Shown: one piece after another, positions 28,201 to 39,119 of the stretch
Layout of the letters: every line of letters begins with the position of its first letter
Numbering within the stretch: position 1 is the first letter of the stretch
Assembly: GCA_900544115.1 (NCBI GenBank)
Contig: UQTW01000004.1
Location: forward strand, 18,302 to 82,301
Direction: 5' to 3'
DNA length: 64,000 nt
From: an uncultured Collinsella sp.
GTDB lineage: Bacteria > Actinomycetota > Coriobacteriia > Coriobacteriales > Coriobacteriaceae
Program-made: the position numbers and the translations under genes
Notes under the pieces: generated by a model
Told to the model about the DNA's origin: nothing
Databases searched by the model: none
Seen by the model: only the letters and a program-made list of their open reading frames with translations

Positions 28201-28513
28201 GTTTATCTCGATCCGTAACATCTGAAGTCAATTTTGGCGGCTAGATGTTACAGATCGAGACAGCCTCGATCTTCCTGCTGGTTTATCTCAATCTGTAACA
28301 CTTAGGCCTGATTTTGATGGCTAGATGTTACAGATTGAGACATTGGCTGCCCGCCTGCCAGTTTGTCTCGATCTGTAACAGGTAGAGGCTCAAAACCCGT
28401 CTTTCTGTTACAGATTGAGACGGAGATTGAGACGGTGTTGGTCTTCCCAACCGTTTATCTCGATCTGTAACATCTGGAGCCGATTTTGGCGGCTAGATGT
28501 TACAGATTGAGAC
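28201..28513. repeat. Tandem array of four 61-bp hairpin units at 80-bp period. CRISPR-like layout but not a CRISPR.
   Basis: Units at 28201-28261, 28281-28341, 28361-28421 and 28453-28513. Each is GTTTATCTCGATCTGTAACA-(25 nt)-TGTTACAGATTGAGAC with 16-bp inverted arms. Spacers are 19, 19 and 31 bp. Confidence 0.85.
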
Positions 28514-28623
28514 GATCCTTGAGGCAGCTGCCCGGTGCACAGCGAGCTCGGCTAATGAATTTGTCCTGATAGGTGCCCTGCTGCAGCATTTCGCGGCTAC
28601 AATAGTACGGTTACAACGACGTA

Positions 28624-30264
<1,641 letters not shown>

Positions 30265-30420
30265 CGCGTCGGTGCGGTGGCCTTGCGGGGCTGCCGCGCC
30301 GTTTGCTTGCCTGCGGCTGCGTGAGCGGCTATCATACCCACCGTTGCCTCAAGACCGGGGCGGCCGAGCAGTTCGGGTCCGATATCCTGCTCGTTAAACC
30401 TAAAACCAAAGGAGTACATA

Positions 30421-31143
30421 ATGATCAAGAAGGTCATGGAGGACTACAAGGTCCTGTTGCGGAGCATTCCCGCGGCAACGGTTTCGCTGTTTTTCGTGAG
30501 CGTCATCATGATGAACCTGCTGGCCAACAAAGAGCTCATCAGCCTGCCGTATCTGGCACTCGACTGCGGCTTTGTGGTGAGCTGGGTTTCGTTTTTGTGC
30601 CAGGACATGATCTGCAAGCGCTTTGGCGCCAAGGCATCCATCAAAATCTCTATCCTCGCGCTGCTGGTCAACCTGGCCGTGAGCCTGTGCTTTTGGGCAT
30701 GTTCGCTCACGCCCGGCATGTGGGGCGCCTACTACGACACGGGCATGATTGAGGTCAACACCGCCCTTAACGCCACCATCGGCGGCACCTGGTACGTGGT
30801 GCTGGGCTCTTCGCTGGCAATGCTCGTTTCTGCCGTGGTTAACTCCACGCTCAACCAGTCGCTCGGCCGTATGCTCAAGAAGAATAACTTTGCGAGCTTT
30901 GCCTTCCGTTCCTATGTGTCCACGGGTGTTGGCCAGTTTATCGACAACCTGGTCTTTGCCATTGTGGTGAGCCACACGTTCTTTGGTTGGACCTGGGTGC
31001 AGGTCCTTATGTGCTCGCTGACCGGCGCTGTTGCCGAGCTGCTGTGCGAGGTCTTCCTGAGCCCCGTGGGCTACAAGGTCGTGCGCGGCTGGGAGCGCGA
31101 GAATGTGGGCTCCGAGTACCTCGAGCGCCACGCAACCGCCTAA
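30421..31143 (+). CDS. YhhQ/Vut-family queuosine-precursor transporter
   Basis: A 240-aa protein with 6-TM YhhQ-like topology and N-terminus. Confidence 0.55.
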   Translation: MIKKVMEDYKVLLRSIPAATVSLFFVSVIMMNLLANKELISLPYLALDCGFVVSWVSFLCQDMICKRFGAKASIKISILALLVNLAVSLCFWACSLTPGMWGAYYDTGMIEVNTALNATIGGTWYVVLGSSLAMLVSAVVNSTLNQSLGRMLKKNNFASFAFRSYVSTGVGQFIDNLVFAIVVSHTFFGWTWVQVLMCSLTGAVAELLCEVFLSPVGYKVVRGWERENVGSEYLERHATA

Positions 31144-31152
31144 GGAGCAAGT

Positions 31153-31833
31153 ATGCGGGTTTTGATCACGGGCGCTTCGGGCGGTATCGGAGCCGCGTGC
31201 GTGCAGCGCTTTTTGGACGAGGGCCACGAGGTCGTGGGCTTCGATCTGCTGCCGGCGGCGATCGAACACGAGCGCTACCGCCATCTGATCGTTGATGTCC
31301 GCGAGCCGGACTCGTTTCCAAGCGACCTTGAGCCTCAGGTAATCGTGAACGTTGCCGGTACGCAGGATTCGGCCGACGACATCGCCGCCAACCTGTGTGG
31401 CACCATCAACGTGACCGAGCGCTACGCCTTTGTGGGGGAGGGGCTCGCCGCCAAGCCTGCGCCGGCTATCAAATCCGTGGTCAATGTGGGGTCGGCGAGC
31501 GGGCATACGGGATCGGAGTTTCCCGCCTATGCCGCCAGCAAGGGCGGCGTAATCGCCTACACCAAGAACCTTGCAAACCGCTTGGCACCGCAGGCCATCG
31601 CCAACAGTGTGGACCCGGGCGGCGTTATAACGCCGCTCAACCGTTGCGTGATGGAAGACGAACACCTGTGGAGCCAGATTATGGAGCTCACGCCGCTTAA
31701 ACGCTGGGCCACCGCCCAGGAGATCGCCGAGTGGATCTACTTTGTGGGCGTGACCAACCGGTTTATGACCGGGCAGAGCCTGCTGATCGATGGCGGCGAG
31801 GCCGGCCGCACACAATTTATTTGGCCCGAATAG
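31153..31833 (+). CDS. Short-chain dehydrogenase/reductase
   Basis: MRVLITGASGGIGAA is the Rossmann TGxxxGxG motif, and YAASKGG is the catalytic YxxxK. Confidence 0.75.
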   Translation: MRVLITGASGGIGAACVQRFLDEGHEVVGFDLLPAAIEHERYRHLIVDVREPDSFPSDLEPQVIVNVAGTQDSADDIAANLCGTINVTERYAFVGEGLAAKPAPAIKSVVNVGSASGHTGSEFPAYAASKGGVIAYTKNLANRLAPQAIANSVDPGGVITPLNRCVMEDEHLWSQIMELTPLKRWATAQEIAEWIYFVGVTNRFMTGQSLLIDGGEAGRTQFIWPE

Positions 31834-31836
31834 GAA

Positions 31837-31871
31837 ACGCGCCCGATGGAAAGCTGTCGGGCGCGTTTTTG
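31837..31871 (+). terminator. Intrinsic terminator
   Basis: aacgcgcccga-tggaaagctg-tcgggcgcgtt followed by ttttgatg. Confidence 0.6.
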
Positions 31872-31883
31872 ATGTATCGATTT

Positions 31884-32609
31884 TTAGCCGAGGCAAGTCC
31901 AGTTGACGGGGGTCGAGCCGTGCTGTTCGAGTAGCCGATTGGCTGCCGAGAAGGGACGCGACCCCATAAAAGCGGGGAGTTCTGCCGTGGCACGGTTGGC
32001 CGAAAGCGGCGAAGGGTGCGTAGAGGCCAGGCAGAACTTGCCGGTTGCCTTGCCCGCGCCGGTCGCGGCGAGCTTGCCTTCGACCATCTGCTGGGCAAAG
32101 CGGCCCCATGCCAAAAAGACTACCGGTTGGGGCAGCTGGCAGCAGCGTTCGATAATGTAGTCGGTGAGCGTGCTCCAGCCCAGTTTGGCGTGCGAGTTCG
32201 CGGCATGCTCGCGCACGGTGAGCGTCGTGTTGAGGAGCAGGACACCCTGTTGTGCCCAGGGGGTTAGATCTCCCGTGGCGGGAATGGGGCAACCCAGATC
32301 GGCTTTGAGTTCCTTATAGATGTTGCGCAGGCTCGGCGGCAACTTGGTTTGCGTCGCAGGCACCGAGAACGACAGACCCATGGCCTGGTTGGGCCCGTGA
32401 TAGGGGTCTTGGCCCAAGATGACAACCTTCACCTGGTCGGCCGGTGTGTAGGCGAGGGCATTGAGGATGTCGTCTTGTGCCGGGTAGATGGTCTGCTCAG
32501 CACGCAGAAGGGCGATACGCTCGAGCAGCTGGTTCGTGGTGTCACGTACCGGCTGCGGCGCATCGCCCAACCAAGTTGCTATGTTGCGGTCGCGAGTTAC
32601 AGCGTCCAT
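31884..32609 (-). CDS. ung: Uracil-DNA glycosylase, family 1
   Basis: GQDPYHGPNQAMGLSFSV is the water-activating loop, and HPSPLSA is the family-1 motif. Confidence 0.9.
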   Translation of the reverse strand: MDAVTRDRNIATWLGDAPQPVRDTTNQLLERIALLRAEQTIYPAQDDILNALAYTPADQVKVVILGQDPYHGPNQAMGLSFSVPATQTKLPPSLRNIYKELKADLGCPIPATGDLTPWAQQGVLLLNTTLTVREHAANSHAKLGWSTLTDYIIERCCQLPQPVVFLAWGRFAQQMVEGKLAATGAGKATGKFCLASTHPSPLSANRATAELPAFMGSRPFSAANRLLEQHGSTPVNWTCLG

Positions 32610-32696
32610 GGAACTCCTTTAGGGCAGATGCTCTGTTGGCATCTATTGTAAAGGCGTCCAGAGACCTTTATGACGCGGCTGCATGAGGAGTGGGGC

Positions 32697-33599
32697 CTAC
32701 GAGACGTGCTCGGGCGCTCCTGCCATGCGAGCCTGTCCATGTGCGCGAAGGCGTGGAAGTTCGACGGTTGCCACCATGACGCCGGTGAGGATGAGGGCGG
32801 CGCCAAAGAAGGCGATGGGGCTCAGGACCTCGCCGACCAGGAAGAACGAGAAGACAGCGGAGCAGACCGGCTCGAGCGAGAAGGCAAAGCCGGTGGTCTC
32901 GACGGGCACGTGGGGCTGCACGAGCGTCTGGGTGATAAAGCCGTAGGCAGAGCAGATGAGTGCGAGCGCGACGACAACGACGATTTCGCTGGGCGTGCTG
33001 GGAAGCGTGAAGCCGCCAAAGGTGAATGCCGCGACGCCCGAGAACAAACCGCCAAAGCCCAGCTGCCAAACGCCCAGAGCCAGCGGGTCGACTTCTTCGA
33101 CAAAGCGCTTGGCCACGATAATGTGGCTGGCATAGATAAAGGCCGAGAGCAGCATGATGATCGCACCGGGATTCAGGCTGGTAAAGTCGGCGCCCGAGAG
33201 CAGCAGCATGCCGCAGGTGACGATGGCGGTGCCGACGAGCACTTTGCGCTCGGGGGCGCGACGCAGTAGGGCGGCGTTGGCAAACGGCACGATCACGACC
33301 GTCAGGCTCTGCAAAAAGCCGGCGGTGGAGGCGGAGGTGAGGCTGGAGCCCAGGCACATGCAGGTGAGCTCGGTTGCCATGATGGCGCCGATGATGGCGG
33401 CACGGACCATAAGGTCGCGGTTGATGTGGAAAGCGCGCTTGTGGAAGAGCAACAGACAGGCCACAAAGGCGATGATGCAGCGCAGTGCAACGATACTCGT
33501 GGCGTTCATGCTGTCCATGCCGATCTTCATGAGGGGGTACGAAAAGCCCCATGCGACGGGAACGGAAAAAGAGAGCGCGATTGCTTTTTTGCGATCCAT
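32697..33599 (-). CDS. EamA/DMT-family transporter
   Basis: Ten transmembrane segments in two EamA repeats. Confidence 0.7.
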   Translation of the reverse strand: MDRKKAIALSFSVPVAWGFSYPLMKIGMDSMNATSIVALRCIIAFVACLLLFHKRAFHINRDLMVRAAIIGAIMATELTCMCLGSSLTSASTAGFLQSLTVVIVPFANAALLRRAPERKVLVGTAIVTCGMLLLSGADFTSLNPGAIIMLLSAFIYASHIIVAKRFVEEVDPLALGVWQLGFGGLFSGVAAFTFGGFTLPSTPSEIVVVVALALICSAYGFITQTLVQPHVPVETTGFAFSLEPVCSAVFSFFLVGEVLSPIAFFGAALILTGVMVATVELPRLRAHGQARMAGAPEHVS

Positions 33600-33757
33600 G
33601 GGACTCCTTTTGTTACAGAACGGTTTCGCAAAAAGGATTCTGCTCCCAGATATGGATGTAGTAAAGCGAATGTATCTTCAGTATGATTAAGAAAAGCTAA
33701 TGTGAACAGAAAAGGCCCTGGCAAAACGCTTTACGGCTACATCGGTGTGGAGGCACG

Positions 33758-34657
33758 ATGGCATCGCGGTATCAGATTGTATGTATGGTGGTCGATTGCG
33801 GCAGCCTGAAACGTGCGGCCGACGAGCTGGGCTATAAGCAAAGCGCGGTGAGCCAGGCCGTCAAGGCACTCGAGCGCGAGCTGGGCACCACGATTATCGA
33901 GCGCGGCAAGCAGGGCGTCTCACTGACGCGCGACGGCAAACAGTATCTGCCGTATCTACGCCAGATCGTAACGGCCGAGGCCGAGCTTGAGGGTAAGCGC
34001 CAGGAGTTGTTGGGGCTTTCGTCGACCGACATTCGCATTGCGACGTTTACCAACGTGAGCCGTACCGTGCTGCCGCGCGTGATCCGCGACTTTGGGGCTC
34101 TGCATCCGGGCGTGCACTTTACCCTCAAGCAGGGCGATTACACGCGCAACGCCCAGTGGGTGCACGATGGCGTGGTCGATTTTTGCTTTACGGCGCGCGG
34201 ATTTACCACGGGGCTCGAGAAGCGCGTGGTCTATCACGATGAGTTGGTGGCGCTGCTGCCGGCCGCCCATCCGCTGGCGGCAAAGGAAAAGGTGACGCTC
34301 GCCGACCTGGCGCCCGAACCGTTTGTGCTGCTGGATGAGGGCGAGCAGAGCCTGGTGCTCGATGCATTCACGGCGCACGGGCTGTCGCCGCATGTGACGA
34401 GTGAGGTTACCGACGACTACACCATTATGGCGATGGTGGAGGAGGGCCTGGGCGTGAGCATGCTCTACCGTCGTACGGTCGAGGGCATGCAGGCCGATAT
34501 CCGCGTGCGTCCTATCGTGCACGCTCCCTCGCGTGACGTTGTGGCAGCGTGGCGCAGCTGGGATACCATGCCGATCGCCACAAGGCGCTTTATCGACTAC
34601 ATGAGCTCGCATATCGTGAGCCAGCTGCCGATGCGCCACCTTGTTGGATGTGTCTAG
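33758..34657 (+). CDS. LysR-family transcriptional regulator
   Basis: N-terminal HTH ...SLKRAADELGYKQSAVSQAVKALEREL... and a LysR substrate-binding domain. Confidence 0.8.
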   Translation: MASRYQIVCMVVDCGSLKRAADELGYKQSAVSQAVKALERELGTTIIERGKQGVSLTRDGKQYLPYLRQIVTAEAELEGKRQELLGLSSTDIRIATFTNVSRTVLPRVIRDFGALHPGVHFTLKQGDYTRNAQWVHDGVVDFCFTARGFTTGLEKRVVYHDELVALLPAAHPLAAKEKVTLADLAPEPFVLLDEGEQSLVLDAFTAHGLSPHVTSEVTDDYTIMAMVEEGLGVSMLYRRTVEGMQADIRVRPIVHAPSRDVVAAWRSWDTMPIATRRFIDYMSSHIVSQLPMRHLVGCV

Positions 34658-36036
34658 CGCGCCCCGGTCTTGGCTTGCGCCAGACGGTAGGTGCGTGCCG
34701 GGTGGCAGAGCAATACCGCCACGACCATAAAGAACGCTGTGGTGCCCAGGCTGATGGGGTAGACCATCATGATGTTCGCAAAGGTGCGGAAGTGGGGGAA
34801 CACGCAGAATACCCAGTAGAAGCGAATACCGCAGACGCAGATCATGGTGATGAGGGCGGGCATGAGCGAGATGCCAAAGCCGCGTAGGTAACCGGACATG
34901 TTCTCGTAGAACATGCTAAAGGCGTACGCCGGGAAGATCGAACACACGCGGATATAGCCGATCGAGACGATGTTGGGGTCGCTGTTGAACAGCGCCAGGA
35001 TCTCACGCCCCAGACCGACGATGATGACGATGGTGGTGAGTGCAACGATGCCGCCTTCGACCAGGCAGACCTTGAGCGTCTTGGTGCAGCGGTCGATCTG
35101 GCGGGCACCGTGGTTTTGCCCCACAAAGGTGGTGCAGGCCTGGCTAAAGCTGTTGAGCAGGTTGTAGCACACGTACTCCAGGCTCATGGCGGCGCTGGAT
35201 GCTGCCATGACCTCGGTGCCCAGGCTGTTGATGGCGGACTGGATGATGATGTTGGCGACGGCAAAGACAGCGCTTTGGATGCCGGCGGGCAGTCCGATTT
35301 TGACGATGCGCTTGAGGGCGACGGGGTCTAAGCCTAAGTCGCGTGGGGTGACGCGGACGACGGAGTCGGTCTTGAGCAGGCGGATAAAGAGTGTAGCGGC
35401 GCTGACGGTGTAGGCGATGGCGGTGGCGATGGCGACGCCCGCGACGCCCCAGTGGAGTACGGGGACAAAGATGAGGTCCAGGCCAATGTTGAGGACGGTG
35501 GACACGGCAAGCGCCTGCAGCGGCATGCGGGTGATGCCGACGGAGCGGAAGATCGCGGCCTCAAAGTTGTAGAGCAAGATTGAGGGCAGGCTGAGCAAAA
35601 AGACGCGCAGGTAGAGCGAGGCGAGCGGCATGGTTTCGGCGGGAACGTTGAGCGCGGCGAGCATGGGCTCGGCAAAGATCTCGCCCAGAGCGATGACGAC
35701 AAAGCCCACGAGCGCCATTAAAATCGAGGTATGGACGGCGCGTTTGACCATGTTCTGATCGTTGCGGCCGATAGCGTTGGCGATGACCACGTTGGAGCCA
35801 AGCGACATGCCAATAAACAGGTTGAGCATAAGACTGGTAAGCGGAACATTGGAGCCGACCGCCGCCATGGCGAGGGTTCCCTGGTCGCCCGAGAAATTAC
35901 CGATGATGACCGTGGCGATGAGATTCGATAGCTGCTCCAAGATGCTCGTGGCGGCCACGGGGAAGGCGAACAGGGGAATATTTCGCCACAGCGAGCCGGT
36001 GATCATGTCAATGTGCTTAGATGCGGTATCAGCCAT
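34654..36036 (-). CDS. MATE-family efflux transporter
   Basis: 12 transmembrane segments with a MATE N-terminus. It overlaps the LysR stop by 4 bp in convergent orientation. Confidence 0.8.
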   Translation of the reverse strand: MADTASKHIDMITGSLWRNIPLFAFPVAATSILEQLSNLIATVIIGNFSGDQGTLAMAAVGSNVPLTSLMLNLFIGMSLGSNVVIANAIGRNDQNMVKRAVHTSILMALVGFVVIALGEIFAEPMLAALNVPAETMPLASLYLRVFLLSLPSILLYNFEAAIFRSVGITRMPLQALAVSTVLNIGLDLIFVPVLHWGVAGVAIATAIAYTVSAATLFIRLLKTDSVVRVTPRDLGLDPVALKRIVKIGLPAGIQSAVFAVANIIIQSAINSLGTEVMAASSAAMSLEYVCYNLLNSFSQACTTFVGQNHGARQIDRCTKTLKVCLVEGGIVALTTIVIIVGLGREILALFNSDPNIVSIGYIRVCSIFPAYAFSMFYENMSGYLRGFGISLMPALITMICVCGIRFYWVFCVFPHFRTFANIMMVYPISLGTTAFFMVVAVLLCHPARTYRLAQAKTGAR

Positions 36037-36100
36037 ACGCTCTCAATCTCTAATATGCTCTTTCGTGCTTATTTGCGCAGATGATGATACTCCTAATCGA

Positions 36101-36158
36101 CTAGTCATTGGGGACGTTCTTAAACGACTAATCATTTAAGAACGTCCCCAATGACTAG
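36101..36158. repeat. 58-bp perfect palindrome with 24-bp arms, in the MATE/rlmA divergent promoter region
   Basis: CTAGTCATTGGGGACGTTCTTAAA-cgactaatca-TTTAAGAACGTCCCCAATGACTAG, read directly from the sequence. Confidence 0.9.
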
Positions 36159-36214
36159 GTGTGGAAGGCGTGCGACAATGGTGGGCGTTGTGTAGTCCGC
36201 GCTAAGGAGTTGCC

Positions 36215-37030
36215 ATGTTGTTGTGTCCCGTTTGCCATGAGCCGTTGGCGGACAATGAGCGCGGTGCTGCATGCGCGGGCGGACACCGGTTTGACCGTGC
36301 GCGCGAGGGCTATCTGTACTTACTGCGCTCGTCCAAGAGCGGCGACTCCATGGGTGATCCCAAGTCGCAGGCGCGCAGCCGTCGTGACTTTCTGAACCGT
36401 GGATACTACGCGCCGTTGCGCGATGCGATGGTCGAGCTGGTGCGCAAGCAGGTGTCTGGGTGTGCTGCGTCTACGAATGGCCCCATGACGCTGCTCGACA
36501 TTTGCTGCGGGGAAGGCTACTACACCAGCGCCATGGGCGCGGTGCCGGGCGTGGATGCTTACGGTTTCGACCTGGGCAAAGAGATGGTGCGCCTGGCCGC
36601 CAAGCGCGGCGATGCGACCTACTTTGTGGCCAACATGAAGGATATCCCCGTGGCCGATGGCACCTTCGATATGGTGACCGAACTCTTTGCTCCCTTTAAC
36701 GAGCGCGAATTTGCCCGCGTGCTGGCGCCAGAGGGCTCGTTCTATACCGTGGTGCCGGGTGCCCGTCACCTCTTTGGGCTCAAGGAAGTGCTCTACGATA
36801 CGCCATATCTCAACGATGAGAAGCTGCCGAAGACCACCGAGCTCGAGTTAGTCGGAACGCAGCGGGTATCTGCGAATATTACGCTCCAGACCCAGGCCGA
36901 CATCGAGGCGGTGTTCCAGATGACGCCGTACTACTACCGCACGCGCCCTGCCGACAAAGAGCGCCTGGCAAACTTGGACACGCTCCAGACCGATATCGAC
37001 TTCATCATCGCCGAGTACCGCCACAGCTAA
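36215..37030 (+). CDS. rlmA: 23S rRNA (guanine745-N1)-methyltransferase
   Basis: N-terminal zinc knuckle MLLCPVCHEPL...CAGGHRFD, and DICCGEGYYT is the SAM motif. It aligns closely with E. coli RlmA. Confidence 0.85.
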   Translation: MLLCPVCHEPLADNERGAACAGGHRFDRAREGYLYLLRSSKSGDSMGDPKSQARSRRDFLNRGYYAPLRDAMVELVRKQVSGCAASTNGPMTLLDICCGEGYYTSAMGAVPGVDAYGFDLGKEMVRLAAKRGDATYFVANMKDIPVADGTFDMVTELFAPFNEREFARVLAPEGSFYTVVPGARHLFGLKEVLYDTPYLNDEKLPKTTELELVGTQRVSANITLQTQADIEAVFQMTPYYYRTRPADKERLANLDTLQTDIDFIIAEYRHS

Positions 37031-37033
37031 CAA

Positions 37034-37071
37034 CCTGCCAAAAAGGGACAGGTTTATTTTGGCAGGTTTTA
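37034..37071 (+). terminator. Intrinsic terminator after rlmA
   Basis: cctgccaaaaagggacaggtttattttggcagg followed by ttttat. Confidence 0.55.
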
Positions 37072-37084
37072 TCTGGGCAAATGC

Positions 37085-37123
37085 AAAGGGCCGACCGCGG
37101 AGATGCGCGATCGGCCCTTTTTA
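37085..37123. terminator. Bidirectional intrinsic terminator
   Basis: aaaGGGCCGAccgcggagatgcgcgaTCGGCCCttttt, an A-run/T-run flanked GC stem. Confidence 0.65.
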
Positions 37124-37158
37124 GTTGCTTGGCTGCAGAGGTTATGAGAAGCGAGCGC

Positions 37159-37560
37159 TTACAGGCGGTCCTTGTTCTCGGCCTTAACGGCGTGCGCCTG
37201 CTGAACAAAGAACAGGTCGTACACCACGATGACAAAGGCGACGATATTGACGGAGCTGCCGCCGAGCGCGGGAAGCGTGAGCGCGGCCTGGACGAGCGTG
37301 GCGATTGCGGCGACGATGCCGAGCTTAAAAGCGCCATCCACCTGCGAAGGCTTGTTGGCGCCCTTGATGCCCGCAACGCCCGCGGCGAGATCGATGAGGC
37401 CCTTGGCGACCAGCGCGACCGCGGCGAGCATGGCGTTCGACCCGTACGTGGAATCGAGGTTGCCGGTCGCGATGCCGGCGATTCCAATGACGAGACTGGC
37501 GATGCCCAGAACAAAATAAATCAGGGCAAGGATTTTGAGTGTCTTGCGAGCGGCGCTCAT
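37159..37560 (-). CDS. Small hypothetical membrane protein with four TM segments
   Basis: MSAARKTLKILALIYFVLGIASLVIGIAG... is Gly/Ala-rich. The start was chosen at the internal ATG. Confidence 0.5.
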   Translation of the reverse strand: MSAARKTLKILALIYFVLGIASLVIGIAGIATGNLDSTYGSNAMLAAVALVAKGLIDLAAGVAGIKGANKPSQVDGAFKLGIVAAIATLVQAALTLPALGGSSVNIVAFVIVVYDLFFVQQAHAVKAENKDRL

Positions 37561-37995
37561 AGCTGGTCCTTTCGATGCGGGCGCGGAGAATCTGTCGCAC
37601 CCAGGTTGCGGCACATATCGTGAAGCACATTGTAGTTCAACGGGGCGATACATGCGTTTGAAAGCGTCTCTTGCCTGTACGGTTCAACCTTTCAAAAAGG
37701 AAAGCTGGGCGTAAGCCAAATCGATGGCAGCGTATGCGCGGCGCTGCGATGATGGGGCCATGGTAAGAGCTGGACCGAAGGAGGAGCCATGATGTACGGA
37801 GCAGGGCAAGTGCGTGAGCCGCGGTCGCTGGGAAGGCGCATGGGTGATTCTGTGATCGCTGCCGTGTGCACGGGATTGATGGCGGTGCTTTGCATTGCGA
37901 TGCTGTGGGCCATGTCGCATGTGGGACAATAGCGGACGGTTGGGTGCCGACATAAACGGCACTCACGTATTCGTTTTGCTTGTTAAGGAGTACCC

Positions 37996-38700
37996 ATGGG
38001 CGTCGTCGATCCCTTTTCTGTTGCTCGGGCCGCGGGGCTTGAGCTGATCGGGAAGTCCGAGGGCCTCACGCTCACCGACGGCACGATGGAGCTGCGCGCC
38101 GATTTCACCCGCATGCTTCCGCGGCTTAAACAGGGCCGTTTGCAGCAAGAGCTACTGGTGAAGGCTGCGCGCACAAAAGGCATCGAGCGGCCATGGGCGA
38201 TTGATGCCACGGCGGGCTTTGGCGAGGATTCGCTGCTGCTGGCGGCCGCGGGCTTTACCGTCGATCTGTATGAGCAGGATTGCGTGATCGCGGCGCTCCT
38301 CAAGGATGCCCTGGATCGCGTGGCAGATGATCCGGCGCTTGCGGCTGCCGTGGCTCGCATGCGCCTTCATGCGGGCGAGGACAGCATTGCCGGCCTTCGC
38401 CATACAGCTGAGTTGATCGGGCGGGGCGAGCTCGCGGCTCCCGACGTGGTGTATCTGGACCCCATGTTTCCCGAGCGCACCAAAAGTGCGGCGGTCAAAA
38501 AGAAGTTCCAACTCTTGCACCATCTGGAACGGCCATGTACCGACGAGGAGACGCTGGTCGAAGCTGCGCTTGCGGTGCACCCGCGCAAGGTCGTTATCAA
38601 GCGACCGGTGAAGGGGCCGCTGCTTGCCGGCGTTAAGCCGAGCTATCAGCTTGCGGGCAAGGCCGTTCGTTACGATGTTTTGGTGCCGCCGCGCCCGTAG
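37996..38700 (+). CDS. rsmJ: Class I SAM-dependent methyltransferase, RsmJ (YhiQ)-like 16S rRNA m2G1516 methyltransferase
   Basis: DATAGFGEDSLLLAAAGFTV and VVYLDPMFPER are RsmJ-family motifs. Confidence 0.6.
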   Translation: MGVVDPFSVARAAGLELIGKSEGLTLTDGTMELRADFTRMLPRLKQGRLQQELLVKAARTKGIERPWAIDATAGFGEDSLLLAAAGFTVDLYEQDCVIAALLKDALDRVADDPALAAAVARMRLHAGEDSIAGLRHTAELIGRGELAAPDVVYLDPMFPERTKSAAVKKKFQLLHHLERPCTDEETLVEAALAVHPRKVVIKRPVKGPLLAGVKPSYQLAGKAVRYDVLVPPRP

Positions 38701-38748
38701 CTTGTGCACGATGGCTGGCGCTTCGCCAGCGCCGTGCCGATGCGGGGT

Positions 38749-39066
38749 CTATTTCCAAGGGTGCGACGTCAGGTGCCAGCCGCCGCAGTATTCGCATTTG
38801 TAGCAGGACAGGCCGCGCCGTCCGCGGTTTTCGCAGTCGGCCATAACGGCCTCTGCCTCGGCGCGCGTGTCGTAACGGTTTTTGCGTTCGCACGACTTGT
38901 AGCGCCAGGCTTCATCGCGCTCGGCGTCTAGTGCGTCGCGGCGCTCGTCCTCGCGCGCAAACAGGTCGCCCATATCGCCGCCGGTGGCAGCGCCCAAAAA
39001 CTCGCTTTTGGCTTTTGACCAGGCGGCTCGCTTTTTGCTCCCCATCTGCTTCGCGCTCCTCTCCAA
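38749..39066 (-). CDS. Hypothetical zinc-ribbon protein
   Basis: C-terminal CxxC...CxxC (SCERK...CYKCEYCGGWH). Confidence 0.4.
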   Translation of the reverse strand: MERSAKQMGSKKRAAWSKAKSEFLGAATGGDMGDLFAREDERRDALDAERDEAWRYKSCERKNRYDTRAEAEAVMADCENRGRRGLSCYKCEYCGGWHLTSHPWK

Positions 39067-39119
39067 ACGTTGGTATCATTGCTCAATCAAAGTGATACCA
39101 ATAAACGTGAGGTCGCCGC

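Noticed and set aside
26804-28231. 475-aa version of the ABC ATPase ORF extending through the GntR gene
   Set aside because: The N-terminal 182 aa overlap the GntR gene in another frame. Conserved ABC N-terminus begins at the internal Met (27685) with an RBS.
28201-28513. Possible CRISPR array: regular repeat/spacer periodicity
   Set aside because: The repeat unit is 61 bp with a 16-bp internal inverted repeat, and spacers are only 19-31 bp. One spacer partially repeats the unit end, and no cas genes or leader are present. It is treated as a tandem hairpin array instead.
30400-32292. 630-aa ORF on the minus strand spanning the YhhQ, SDR and ung loci
   Set aside because: It crosses three independently supported genes and a terminator and has no domain signal.
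32668-33552. 294-aa Arg/His-rich ORF overlapping the EamA transporter gene
   Set aside because: It is an alternative frame of the same strand and region. The EamA frame has coherent TM topology; this one does not.
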